Shown: piece by piece, positions 9,915 through 21,323 of the stretch
Layout: each line of letters starts with the position of its first letter
How positions within the stretch are numbered: the stretch's first letter is position 1
Assembly (NCBI GenBank): GCA_040397805.1
Contig: JBBAVG010000011.1
Location: forward strand, 2,247 to 66,246
Length of the DNA: 64,000 bases
DNA from: Phycisphaerales bacterium
GTDB taxonomy: Bacteria > Planctomycetota > Phycisphaerae > Phycisphaerales > UBA1924
Direction: 5' to 3'
The notes under the pieces: generated by a model
What the model saw: only the letters and a program-made list of their open reading frames with translations
Database searches by the model: none
Told to the model about the DNA's origin: nothing
Program-made: the position numbers and the translations under genes

Positions 9915-10925
9915 TCAGAACTCCTTGACGGCGTCACCGGTGATCTTGAGGGCCCGGTTGCCCTTGAACTGGCCGAGGTTGGCGTAGAACTTGCGTTCCC
10001 CTTCGACGCAGACCTCGATGGGCGCCGAGGCCGACTTCTCGGTGACGATGATGTCGCCGATGGAGAGGGCCAAGAGGTCCTTCATGGAGATGGTGGTCGT
10101 GGCGAGCAGGCCGGTGAGCTCGAGGGGGGCGCGGGTCAGGTTCTTCACGAGCTGCAGCTCGGTCTCCCTGGTCTTGGTGCTCTTGGTGACGGCGAACCAG
10201 TTCTGGCTCGAGAGCTCCTCCATCATCGGCTCGATGACGTTATAGGGGATGCAGAGGTTCATGGTGCCCGCGCGGTTGCCGAGCTTGATCTCGAAGGCGA
10301 TGACGACCACGACCTCGTTGGGGGGCACGATCTGCACGAGCTGCGGGTTGCTCTCGGAGGCGCCGATGCGGAACTCGAGCTGCTTGATGCTCGCCCAAGC
10401 CTCGGAGAGGGCCTGAAGGCCGCGACGCGTCACGTTGCTGATGAGGCGGGCCTCGATGAGCGTGAGGGGCCGCTGCGGGATGAAGAGGTCGGAGCTGTCG
10501 CCGCCGAGGAGGCGGTCGATGATGGGGTAGATGATGAGGGGGCTGAGCTCGAGGCACATGTGGCCCTCGAGGCCCTCGGCGTCGACGAGGTTGAAGGAGG
10601 TCGGGTTGGGGAGCCCGGCGGTGAACTCCGAGTAGGTCATCTGCTCGCACGCGGCGACGCGGACCTCGACGATGGTGCGGAGGAAGCCCGACAGGGCCGC
10701 GCCGAAGTTTCGGGCGAAGGACTCGTGGAGCGTCTGGAGCGCCCGCATCTGGTCCTTGCTGACGCGCTCGGGGCGCTTGAAGTCGTACGACTTGATGTCC
10801 GTGTTGTCGGGGTCGCGCTTGACGCGGCCGAAGATCGCCCCCGGCGGCGAGAGTTCCTCCACCTGCGCCGTCTCGACGGCGGCCAGGAGGGCGTCGATCG
10901 AACTTTGGTCCAGAACATCCGACAT
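9915..10925 (-). CDS. fliM: flagellar motor switch protein FliM
   Basis: The 336-aa C-terminal part of ORF 9915..13184 starts at MSDVLDQSSIDALL. It contains YDFKRPERVSKDQMRALQ..HE.FARN and a C-terminal FliN-like domain (DLLALSIGDIIVTEK). Confidence 0.85.
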   Translation of the reverse strand: MSDVLDQSSIDALLAAVETAQVEELSPPGAIFGRVKRDPDNTDIKSYDFKRPERVSKDQMRALQTLHESFARNFGAALSGFLRTIVEVRVAACEQMTYSEFTAGLPNPTSFNLVDAEGLEGHMCLELSPLIIYPIIDRLLGGDSSDLFIPQRPLTLIEARLISNVTRRGLQALSEAWASIKQLEFRIGASESNPQLVQIVPPNEVVVVIAFEIKLGNRAGTMNLCIPYNVIEPMMEELSSQNWFAVTKSTKTRETELQLVKNLTRAPLELTGLLATTTISMKDLLALSIGDIIVTEKSASAPIEVCVEGERKFYANLGQFKGNRALKITGDAVKEF

Positions 10926-11090
10926 GAGGCGGTCGTACTTCCTGCTTGAGTGACCTTCACGGGCGGTCCGGCCCCGCACGGGCGCGGGACGACCCGGTGT
11001 GGTATCGGATGCCCCCCGGGCCCCCCTTGATTTCGGGACCCGCTGCGCAGCGAAGAGAACCCCTGCCGCCCCCACTACCCTTCCGTCGCC

Positions 11091-13064
11091 ATGAGACCAG
11101 TCTCCCTTTCCACGCCTTGGGCCGGTGTCCTGCTTTCGCTTCTGGCCTGCCTGCTGGGACTGGCGACGCCCCCCGCGGCGGCCCAGCCGCCCAAGGTGGT
11201 CTCGGTGTCGTTCGAGGCGGATCGGCCCGCCGCGGCCCCCGGAAGCATCGTGCTGGTGGCGGTGAGGTACACCCACGAGTCGGGGTGGCACATTCACACG
11301 CAGGCCCCGGTGGTCCCCCCCGAGTTGGGTGACTTCGAGCCCTTCCCCACCACGCTGAAGGTGACGCCGGGTCCTGGCGTCGCGGTGGGCACCGTGCAGT
11401 GGCCCGACCCGGTCAAGATCACGGTGAACATGGGCGAGAAGCCGGCGAAGTACGGCGTGCTCGACCATGTGGCGGTGGCGATCGTGCCGGTGAGGATCGC
11501 CGCGGAGGCCACCGGCGAGGTGAGCGTGTCGTTCGCCACCGAGTTCCAGGCGTGCAACGAGGAGACGTGCCTGCCGCCGGACGAGGCCGAGGGAAAGGTG
11601 ACCATTCGGGTCGACGCGGGAGCGGCCGCGTCGCCGGACCTGTCGAAGCCGCCGTTCAGCGAATGGAAGCCCACGACGGTCGAGGCGGCGGCGGGCGAAG
11701 CGGGCGGCACCACGCCCCGCGCCGAGCCGACGCCGGGCGCGAGCGAAGGGCGGCTGGAGTTTCCCTTCTTCGGCTGGAGCTTTTCGATCGACCCACGGGG
11801 CGTGACGGGCATGGCGCTGCTGCTCGCGTTGGCGATCTGCGGGGGCTTCCTGCTCAACGTGATGCCCTGCGTGCTGCCGGTGCTGCCGCTCAAGATCGTG
11901 GCGTTGTCGCAGGCGGCGGGCACGAAGCGTCGCACGCTGCTGCTGGGCTTGGTGATGAGCCTGGGCATCGTCGCCTTCTGGCTGGCGTTGGGCGGCGCCA
12001 TCGCCCTGTCGACGGGGTTCAAGTCGGCCAGCCAGATCATCAGCATGTGGTGGTTCTCGGTGGGCATCGGCGTGCTGATGATCGTGATGTCCCTCTCGCT
12101 GCTGGGCACCTTCTTCAACCTCAACGTGCCGGGATGGGCCTACGCGATCAACCCGCGGCACGACACGCTGCACGGCTCGTTCCTCTTCGGCGTGCTGACG
12201 GCCGTGCTCGCGACGCCGTGCGTCGCGCCGCTGGCGGCCACGGCGATGGGCTGGGCGGCCTTCCAGCCCGCGCCCATCACCATGCTGGTCTTCACGGCCA
12301 TCGGCGCGGGCATGGCGATTCCGTACGTGCTGCTGGCGGCCAATCCGCAGTGGGTGGACAAGGTGCCCCGCGCGGGAGCCGGGAGCGAGTTGATGAAGCA
12401 GACGATGGCGCTGCTGATGCTCGCCGTGGCGTCGTTCTTCATCGGCGTGGGCATCCGCAGCCTGCTGGTCGCCTCGCCGCACCTGGGCGAGACGATCCAC
12501 TGGTGGTTCACGGCGGCCTTCAGCGTGATCGCGTGCGGGTGGCTGATCATCCGGCTGTGGCAGATCAACGCGGGCGCGACGGCGCGAATCGTCTTCACCA
12601 TCGTGGGGCTGATCGTGGGCGGGACGGCGGTGCAGTTCGCCCGCTACCAGACCGACCTGGCCCGCGAGTCGCACGTGCCTTCCGACCAGGGCGCGGCCGC
12701 GAGCGGGCTGTGGAAGCCCTACACGCCCGAGCTCTTCGAGCGGTCGCGGGCGGAGGGGAAGGTCGTGGTGGTCGACTTCACGGCCGAGTGGTGCCTCAAC
12801 TGCAAGGCCTTCGAGATCATCCTCAACGAGGATGAAGTGCAGGCCCAACTGGCCAGGCCCGACGTGGTGGCGATCAAGGCCGACCTGACCTCGCCGACGC
12901 TCCGCGACGGCTCGAGGAACCCGGCGTGGGACTACATGCGCGACCTCAAGGAAGTGGGCCCGCCGGTGCTGGTCATCTACGGCCCGGGCCGCAGCGACTT
13001 CTTCAAGGCCAACTCGTACACCAAGGACGTGGTGCTCCGAGAGATCGCCAAGAGCCGCGGGTGA
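11091..13064 (+). CDS. DsbD-family protein-disulfide reductase (N-terminal periplasmic domain, TM core, C-terminal thioredoxin)
   Basis: Signal peptide, a TM core with FLLNVMPCVLPVLPLK and ATPCVAPL, and a C-terminal VVVDFTAEWCLNCK thioredoxin motif. Confidence 0.8.
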   Translation: MRPVSLSTPWAGVLLSLLACLLGLATPPAAAQPPKVVSVSFEADRPAAAPGSIVLVAVRYTHESGWHIHTQAPVVPPELGDFEPFPTTLKVTPGPGVAVGTVQWPDPVKITVNMGEKPAKYGVLDHVAVAIVPVRIAAEATGEVSVSFATEFQACNEETCLPPDEAEGKVTIRVDAGAAASPDLSKPPFSEWKPTTVEAAAGEAGGTTPRAEPTPGASEGRLEFPFFGWSFSIDPRGVTGMALLLALAICGGFLLNVMPCVLPVLPLKIVALSQAAGTKRRTLLLGLVMSLGIVAFWLALGGAIALSTGFKSASQIISMWWFSVGIGVLMIVMSLSLLGTFFNLNVPGWAYAINPRHDTLHGSFLFGVLTAVLATPCVAPLAATAMGWAAFQPAPITMLVFTAIGAGMAIPYVLLAANPQWVDKVPRAGAGSELMKQTMALLMLAVASFFIGVGIRSLLVASPHLGETIHWWFTAAFSVIACGWLIIRLWQINAGATARIVFTIVGLIVGGTAVQFARYQTDLARESHVPSDQGAAASGLWKPYTPELFERSRAEGKVVVVDFTAEWCLNCKAFEIILNEDEVQAQLARPDVVAIKADLTSPTLRDGSRNPAWDYMRDLKEVGPPVLVIYGPGRSDFFKANSYTKDVVLREIAKSRG

Positions 13065-13137
13065 GGCGTGGATGAGCCGCGGGGTCTGTGGCCCCTCGGC
13101 CCTTCCCCGTCGCCCGGCGCGGTCATACGCTGGGGGC

Positions 13138-13923
13138 ATGCACCTGCTTGCTGGAAAGTCCGGACTCGTGATCGGCGTGGCCAATGAACGCTCCTACGCG
13201 TGGCACATCGCCAAGGCCCTCTCCGACCACGGCGCGACCTGCGCCTTCACCCACCTCCCCGGCGACCGCAACGCCCATCGCGTGAAGCGGTCCCTCACCG
13301 AGATGGGCAAGCCCGACGCCTGGCTCCAGCCCCTCGACGCCTCCAGCGACGCCGACATCGAGGCCGTCTTCGCCAAGTACGGGCAGGACTTCCCCCGCCT
13401 CGACTTCGTCATCCACTCCATCGCCTTCGCCGAGCGAGACCTCCTCCAACCCGGCAAGTTCGTCACCACCCCCAGGGCCCAGTACCTCTCGGCCATCGAC
13501 ATCTCCGCCTACACGCTCGTGGCCTTCGCCCGCGCGGCCAAGCCGCTGATGCAGCGAAACGGCGGCGGCTCCATCCTCAGCATGTCCTACTACGGCGCGG
13601 AGAAGGTCGTCCCGGGCTACAACATCATGGGCGTCGCCAAGGCCGCCCTCGAGTGCACCAACCGCTACCTCGCCAACGAGCTCGGCGCCGATGGCATCCG
13701 CGTCAACTGCATCTCCGGCGGCTACCTCCGCACCCTCGCCAGCTCCGCCGTCGGCGGCACCGAGAAGATGGCCGACGCCGTCTCCGAACACGCTCCCCTC
13801 CGCCGCGGCGTCGAGGGCTCCGATGTCGGCAAGACCGCCGTGTACCTCTGCAGCGACCTCGCCAGCGGCGTTACCGGCGAGACCATCTACGTCGACTGCG
13901 GCGTGAACATCCTGGGCGCCTGA
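13138..13923 (+). CDS. fabI: enoyl-[acyl-carrier-protein] reductase (NADH)
   Basis: LAGKSGLVIGVANERSYAW..., SMSYYGAEKVVPGYNIMGVAKAALE (Tyr/Lys catalytic pair) and IRVNCISGG. Confidence 0.9.
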   Translation: MHLLAGKSGLVIGVANERSYAWHIAKALSDHGATCAFTHLPGDRNAHRVKRSLTEMGKPDAWLQPLDASSDADIEAVFAKYGQDFPRLDFVIHSIAFAERDLLQPGKFVTTPRAQYLSAIDISAYTLVAFARAAKPLMQRNGGGSILSMSYYGAEKVVPGYNIMGVAKAALECTNRYLANELGADGIRVNCISGGYLRTLASSAVGGTEKMADAVSEHAPLRRGVEGSDVGKTAVYLCSDLASGVTGETIYVDCGVNILGA

Positions 13924-13945
13924 CGGCCCCCCGAGTTCATCACGC

Positions 13946-16150
<2,205 letters not shown>

Positions 16151-16186
16151 GGCGGGTCGGGAGGGGGGTTCGGGGTCGAAACGAAC

Positions 16187-16213
16187 GAGGCCCGGCGATG
16201 GGTGCCGGGCCTC
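16187..16213 (-). promoter_or_regulatory. GC-rich hairpin in the thrS 5-prime leader
   Basis: gaggcccggc / gccgggcctc 10-bp stem with a 7-nt loop, about 35 nt upstream of the thrS ATG. On the mRNA strand it is followed by GUUCGUUUCG. Confidence 0.3.
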
Positions 16214-16460
16214 GGGAGGAAACGAAGTTCTACACGCGGCGGGGCCGGCTCGGCCGCGTCATCGGGAGGTGGTGCACGTCGACGTGTCGGGCCGGCTGGT
16301 CATCGGGGACATGATAGCGGCTCGCCTCGCCCGGCGTCGGCCCCGGCCGCCCGGACGCGGCAACTCGGGCCTTTGGCGCGTGGTATCAGACGTGGGCGAC
16401 CCCCTGCCCGGATACACTGGCCCGACCCGTCCGCCATCGACCATTCAGGAGCCCTTCGTC

Positions 16461-17591
16461 ATGCGGTCCCGCTTGCTTTCCGGCGTCCTTGTCGCGGCCC
16501 TCGCCCTGGCGACGGCCACCCCCGTGCTGGCCCAGTCGAAGCCCTTCCCGGACGAGTGGTTCTTCGAGGGCGAGAAGCGGCCCGCCCCGCTCAAGAGCCT
16601 TGAGGGCAAGCCCGCCCCGGAACTCGACATCGCCTCGTGGATCGGCGACGCCACCACCATCAAGGACAGCAAGGGCAAGGTGATCGTGCTCGACTTCTGG
16701 GCCACGTGGTGCGGCCCGTGCATGGCGGCCATCCCCGAGAACATCAAGCTCGTCAACGAGCACAAGGGCGGCGACCTGGTCTTCATCGGCGTGCATGACG
16801 GCAACTCGGGCAGCGACAAGGCCGCCGGCGTCGTCAAGTCGCGGAACATCAACTACCCCATCGCCATCGACAAGAAGCGCAGCCCGCTGAGCGTCACCGC
16901 CGCGGCGTACAAGGTGCAGTTCTGGCCGACCTACGTCGTCATCGACAAGGCGGGCGTCGTCCGCGGGGCGGGGCTCTTCCCCAACCGCGTGGCCGAAGCC
17001 GTGAAGGTGCTGCTGGCCGAACCCGGCCCCAAGGGCGCCGAGGCCGCCGCGGGCGCCGCCGAGTTCCCCGACGAGTCGTACCTCGGGGGCCGCATGCGGT
17101 CCAAGGCGCTGATGGCGATGGAAGGCAAGCCGATGCCCGCGCTCGAGGTCGAGACCTGGGCGGGCGGCACGGCTCCGCCGGCGTCGGCCTTCAAGGACGC
17201 GGTGACGGTGGTGCACTTCACCTCGACGCGGACAGCCGCCCGCAAGGAGCTCGAGGCCTTCGGCGCCGCGGCGGGCGAGTTCGGCTCGCAGGGCGTGACG
17301 TTCGTCGCCGTGTGCGACCCCGTGTCGCACTGGGACAAGATGCAGGAGGCCCTCGCCAAGCTGAAGATCACGACGCCCGCGGCACGCGATGCCGCCGCGA
17401 CGGCCGACGCCGCCGACAAGAACGCGAAGGGACGCACCGCCACGGCCTTCAACGCGACGATGCAGCCCGCGACCTTCGTCATCGACCGCAAGGGCGTGGT
17501 TCGGGCGGCGGGCCTGAAGGCCGGAAGCCTCAAGCCGGTGCTCGAGAAACTGCTGGCCGAGCCCGCGCCGGGCAAGACCCAGGCCAAGTGA
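16461..17591 (+). CDS. secreted TlpA-like thiol-disulfide oxidoreductase with tandem thioredoxin folds
   Basis: Signal peptide MRSRLLSGVLVAALALATATPVLA. The first domain has VIVLDFWATWCGPCM. The second domain has the same fold spacing, but HFTSTRTAA replaces the CXXC. SD-like AGGAG lies upstream. Confidence 0.75.
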   Translation: MRSRLLSGVLVAALALATATPVLAQSKPFPDEWFFEGEKRPAPLKSLEGKPAPELDIASWIGDATTIKDSKGKVIVLDFWATWCGPCMAAIPENIKLVNEHKGGDLVFIGVHDGNSGSDKAAGVVKSRNINYPIAIDKKRSPLSVTAAAYKVQFWPTYVVIDKAGVVRGAGLFPNRVAEAVKVLLAEPGPKGAEAAAGAAEFPDESYLGGRMRSKALMAMEGKPMPALEVETWAGGTAPPASAFKDAVTVVHFTSTRTAARKELEAFGAAAGEFGSQGVTFVAVCDPVSHWDKMQEALAKLKITTPAARDAAATADAADKNAKGRTATAFNATMQPATFVIDRKGVVRAAGLKAGSLKPVLEKLLAEPAPGKTQAK

Positions 17592-17628
17592 CCTTCGTCC
17601 CTTCACCTTCACCGAGCGAGCCACGACC

Positions 17629-18636
17629 TTGACGACGACGATCCGCCTGACCGAGCCGCCTGCGCCCGCGAGTTATCCCAACGCCTTCGCCGAAACCGTG
17701 CGGGCCCACGTGGCCAAGACCGTCGTGGGTCAGGGCCGCGTGGTGGAACGGGTGCTCATCGCGCTGCTCACGGGCGGCCACCTGCTGCTCGAGGGCGTGC
17801 CGGGCATCGCCAAGACGCTGCTCGTGCAGTCGGTGGCCAAGGCCATCGACCTCAAGTTCGGCCGCGTGCAGTTCACGATCGACCTGCTCCCCTCCGACAT
17901 CGTGGGCGCGGAGATCCTCGAGCAGCGCACCGGCGAGTTCCGCGTGCACAAGGGGCCGATCTTCACGAACCTGCTGCTGGCCGACGAGATCAACCGCGCC
18001 AGCCCGAAGGTGCAGTCGGCCTTGCTCGAGGCCATGCAGGAACGCCGCGTGTCGATCGGCGACACCACGCACGACCTGCCCGCCCCCTTCCTCGTCATCG
18101 CCACGCAGAACCCGGTCGAGCAGGCCGGCACCTTCGAGCTCCCCGAGGCGCAGCTCGACCGCTTCATGCTGCGTCACCGCCTGACGTACCCCTCGCCCGT
18201 CGACGAAGCCGAGGTGGTTCGGCGCAGCCTGGCCCTGCGGCTCAAGCGACAGGGCGACGGCGCGGTCCCCATGTCGGCCTTCGACGCCATCGCCAACGAC
18301 CAGCGGCTGCACGCCCGCGACCTCACCGAGGCCATGGCCAAGGTGCAGGACGTGCACGTGAGCGACGTCTTCATCCGCGACTGCGTCGAACTCGTCAACC
18401 TCACGCGTCGCCACAAGGACGTCGAGCTCGGCTGCAGCCCCCGCGCCGCCCTCGCGCTCGTGCATGCCTCGCGAGCGAGAGCGTTCATCCACGGTCGCGA
18501 CTACGCCGTGCCCGAGGACCTCTTCGCCCTCGCGCAAGACGTCGTGCTTCACCGCATCCGCCTCCGCTACGAGGCCGTCGCCGAGGGCCGCCGCCCCGAG
18601 GATGTCCTCGAGTCGCTGCTGGCCGACCTGACCTGA
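17629..18636 (+). CDS. MoxR-family AAA+ ATPase
   Basis: VVGQGRVVERVLIALLTGGHLLLEGVPGIAKT (Walker A), LLADEINRASPKVQSALLEAMQE (Walker B) and ATQNPVEQAGTFELPEAQLDRF. Confidence 0.9.
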   Translation: MTTTIRLTEPPAPASYPNAFAETVRAHVAKTVVGQGRVVERVLIALLTGGHLLLEGVPGIAKTLLVQSVAKAIDLKFGRVQFTIDLLPSDIVGAEILEQRTGEFRVHKGPIFTNLLLADEINRASPKVQSALLEAMQERRVSIGDTTHDLPAPFLVIATQNPVEQAGTFELPEAQLDRFMLRHRLTYPSPVDEAEVVRRSLALRLKRQGDGAVPMSAFDAIANDQRLHARDLTEAMAKVQDVHVSDVFIRDCVELVNLTRRHKDVELGCSPRAALALVHASRARAFIHGRDYAVPEDLFALAQDVVLHRIRLRYEAVAEGRRPEDVLESLLADLT

Positions 18637-18673
18637 ACGACGCCCCATCCCCAACGCTCGATCCCCAGGCCCG

Positions 18674-19594
18674 ATGCCCGCGGCTTCCTCCCCCACCGCT
18701 CCCGACGCCACGACCGCCGCGACCGCGACCACGGGCTCGCCCGTTCATGCCCCCGCTTCGCTCGCCCGAGGCAACTTCGAACTCGTCGTCCGCCGCCTCG
18801 CCGACGACCTGGCCTTCGGCTCCGACGTCTCCCGCTTCGTCGGCGGCGGCCTCGAGTACGCGAGCTCCCGCCTCTACCAACCCGGCGACTCGGTCCGGCA
18901 ACTCGACTGGCGGCTCACCGCCCGTACGGGCAAGCCCTTCGTCAAGGAGTACGAGGCCCTCAAGCGCACGTGCGTGCACATCGTCGTCGACACGTCGGCC
19001 TCCATGGCCGTCGCGTCGACGCCCCTGAGCAAGCACGACATCGCCGTGTGGACCGCCGCGGGCGTCGGCCTGCTCGCCCAGCGTCGCATGAGCCCGGTGG
19101 CCATCATCGGCGCCGGCTCGCGTCACGCACCGATGTCGCCCAGCCTTCGCGCCAGCGACCTCTGGCGGGCGATCGACCCGCTCCGGTCGCCCGCCTGCGA
19201 CGAACCCACCACGCTCGCCGCCCGACTGACTCGCCTGCGGGCCGCCCTCGACCGGACCGCCATGGTGCTCGTGATCAGCGACCTGCACGACCCCGACGCC
19301 ATGAGCGCGCTGCGACAGATGGGCCAGCGTCACGACGTGGCCGTGGTGCACACGGTGGACCCGGCCGAGATCGTGCCCTTCCGCGCCGGCTATTTCCGGG
19401 GCGAAGAGGCCGAGACGGGCCGTTCGTTTCTCGGGCGAGGCTCCGACGCGACGACCGGTCGCGTCGAGCGTGTGCGGACCGACCTCGCGGGTGCGGGCAT
19501 TGCGTCGGTGTGCCTGCGCACGGATGAACCTTTTGTCGCGCCGCTGCGGCGATTCCTCGCCGGCCGTGCCGCCCTGTCGCGGGGGGTGCGATGA
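18674..19594 (+). CDS. DUF58 domain-containing protein
   Basis: YQPGDSVRQLDWRLTARTGKPFVKEYE is the DUF58 signature, followed by a VWA-like VVDTSASM. Confidence 0.85.
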   Translation: MPAASSPTAPDATTAATATTGSPVHAPASLARGNFELVVRRLADDLAFGSDVSRFVGGGLEYASSRLYQPGDSVRQLDWRLTARTGKPFVKEYEALKRTCVHIVVDTSASMAVASTPLSKHDIAVWTAAGVGLLAQRRMSPVAIIGAGSRHAPMSPSLRASDLWRAIDPLRSPACDEPTTLAARLTRLRAALDRTAMVLVISDLHDPDAMSALRQMGQRHDVAVVHTVDPAEIVPFRAGYFRGEEAETGRSFLGRGSDATTGRVERVRTDLAGAGIASVCLRTDEPFVAPLRRFLAGRAALSRGVR

Positions 19595-20427
19595 TGGTCG
19601 CGATGACCTTGCTGCCCGCGTCGTTCCATCTCGCGGCGATCCATCTCGCGGCGGGGCTCGTGGCCGAGCCTTCGGCCGTTGCCCCCCGTGGGCTGGCGTC
19701 GTCGATCACCATCGACCCCATGGGGGCCGCCCTCGTGGCCCGACCCATCGCGTCGGATGAACAGCCGCCCGTCGTCGTGCGCGTCGAGCCGCCGGACGCG
19801 AGCGGCCGCCAGCGGGTGGAGTTCATCGGGTTGGTGGCGGGCGAACACGACCTCCGCCGGTATCTCATGCGGGCCGATGGTGCGGCGGCATCGTCGCTCC
19901 CGCCCGCGATCGTCCGCGTCGAAAGTCGTCTGCCGCCGGGCCACGCCACCGACGTGCTTGGATTGGCGGAGCCGAACCTGACCTTCCGACGCAGCTACGT
20001 GGCCGCGTTGGCGGGCATCGCCGGCGCGTGGGCCCTGGTGCCGGTGGCGGCGTACGTGCGTCGTCGCCTGAACCGTCGCGAATCGGTCCCGCCCCCGCCG
20101 CCGATTCCGGAGCCGACGCTCGCGGAGCGACTGCTGTCGATGCTCGAGTCGTGGGAAGGGTCGGGCAAGGGCCTTGAGCAGAAGGCGTCGCTCGAACTGC
20201 TGGCCCTGCACCATCAGCGGTCGACCGTGGCCGAGCGTCACGAGGCCATCGCCGCGGCGATGATCCGCGCAAGGAGCGACGAACGCACACGCGACGCCAT
20301 CCTCGCGCTCGAGGCGTGGCTGCACGCGAGGTCGACCGATCCGGCTTCGGCACAGGAAGCGGCGTTGGCCCGCCTGCGGGCGATTGTGAGCCGCGAACGT
20401 CCTTCGCGGGAAGGGGCCGCGTCATGA
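19591..20427 (+). CDS. hypothetical membrane protein in Bat-like operon
   Basis: It has an ATGA overlap with DUF58, an N-terminal hydrophobic segment and a central TM (IAGAWALVPVAAYV), followed by a Pro-rich stretch and a helical tail. It occupies the position of the small membrane protein in Bat operons. Confidence 0.5.
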   Translation: MMVAMTLLPASFHLAAIHLAAGLVAEPSAVAPRGLASSITIDPMGAALVARPIASDEQPPVVVRVEPPDASGRQRVEFIGLVAGEHDLRRYLMRADGAAASSLPPAIVRVESRLPPGHATDVLGLAEPNLTFRRSYVAALAGIAGAWALVPVAAYVRRRLNRRESVPPPPPIPEPTLAERLLSMLESWEGSGKGLEQKASLELLALHHQRSTVAERHEAIAAAMIRARSDERTRDAILALEAWLHARSTDPASAQEAALARLRAIVSRERPSREGAAS

Positions 20428-21323
20428 CCTTCACGCATCCGTGGGTGTTGCTGCTGCTGGCCGTGCCGGTGCTGCTGGCGTGGACGGTGGCGGCGAGGGC
20501 GCCGGGCATCACGCTGCCGGTGGACTTCGCCGAGCGTCCGAGGAGGCGGCTGGCGGGGATCGTGCTGGGCGTCGCCGACGCGGTGCCGCTGGCGGCGTTG
20601 TCGCTGGCGATCGTGATGCTGGCGGGGCCGCAGACGCTGCAGCAGACGCGGCGAGAGCGGCAGTTGACGAACATCCAAATCTGCATGGACGTGTCGGGGA
20701 GCATGTCGGGCGATCCGTACCGCCGTGCCGCGGAGGCGATCACGGACTTCACGAAGCGTCGCGAGGGTGACGCCTTCGGATTGATGATCTTCGGGTCGGC
20801 GCAGATGCGGTGGGTGCCGCTGACGCGTGACCTCTCGGCGGTGCGGCAGGCGATGCCCTTCGCGAATCCGGCGAACCAGCCGTCGCACATGGGCGGCACG
20901 ATGATCGGCGCGGCGCTTCGCTACGCGAGGGACCTGTTCGAGGCCGATGCCGCCCCGGGCGACCGGATGATCATCCTGGTCTCGGACGGCGACAGCTTCG
21001 ACCTGGGTGGCGGCACGGACACGGAGATTGCGCAGGAACTGCAGGACGCGGGCATCACGCTGTATCACATCCACGTATCGCAGGACGACATCCCCGACTC
21101 GGTGGTGGAGATCGCGAGGGCCACGGGGGGGCAGGCGCTCGCCGCGGCGGACGAGGGGACGATCCGCCAGGTCTTCGAGCACATCGACCGCATGAAGCCG
21201 GCCGTCTTCAAGCCCGCGGGGACCGCGCCGCTGGACTTCTTCGGGCCCTTCGCGATCGCGGCGGCATGTCTGGCGGCGTTGCATTCGCTGTCGCTGCTGG
21301 GGGCGAGGTACACGCCATGGTGA
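20424..21323 (+). CDS. VWA domain-containing membrane protein (BatA-like)
   Basis: MTFTHPWVLLLLAVPVLLAW N-terminal motif, the MIDAS motif ICMDVSGSMSG, and a C-terminal TM. It has an ATGA overlap with the upstream gene. Confidence 0.8.
   Translation: MTFTHPWVLLLLAVPVLLAWTVAARAPGITLPVDFAERPRRRLAGIVLGVADAVPLAALSLAIVMLAGPQTLQQTRRERQLTNIQICMDVSGSMSGDPYRRAAEAITDFTKRREGDAFGLMIFGSAQMRWVPLTRDLSAVRQAMPFANPANQPSHMGGTMIGAALRYARDLFEADAAPGDRMIILVSDGDSFDLGGGTDTEIAQELQDAGITLYHIHVSQDDIPDSVVEIARATGGQALAAADEGTIRQVFEHIDRMKPAVFKPAGTAPLDFFGPFAIAAACLAALHSLSLLGARYTPW

Noticed and set aside
9915-13184. 1089-aa ORF treated as a single gene.
   Set aside because: Only the last 336 aa (from MSDVLDQSS) are FliM. The upstream part is Arg/His-rich junk antisense to the DsbD-like gene. 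The same read-through artefact affects 27160..29406, 28134..29921, 36450..40211 and the N-terminal 171 codons of 36971..40480.
16187-16213. thrS operator acting as a tRNA-Thr anticodon-arm mimic (E. coli-type autoregulation).
   Set aside because: On the mRNA strand the loop is ACCCAUC. It contains a Thr codon (ACC) but no Thr anticodon (NGU), so a direct anticodon-arm mimic is not supported. I kept it only as a generic leader hairpin.
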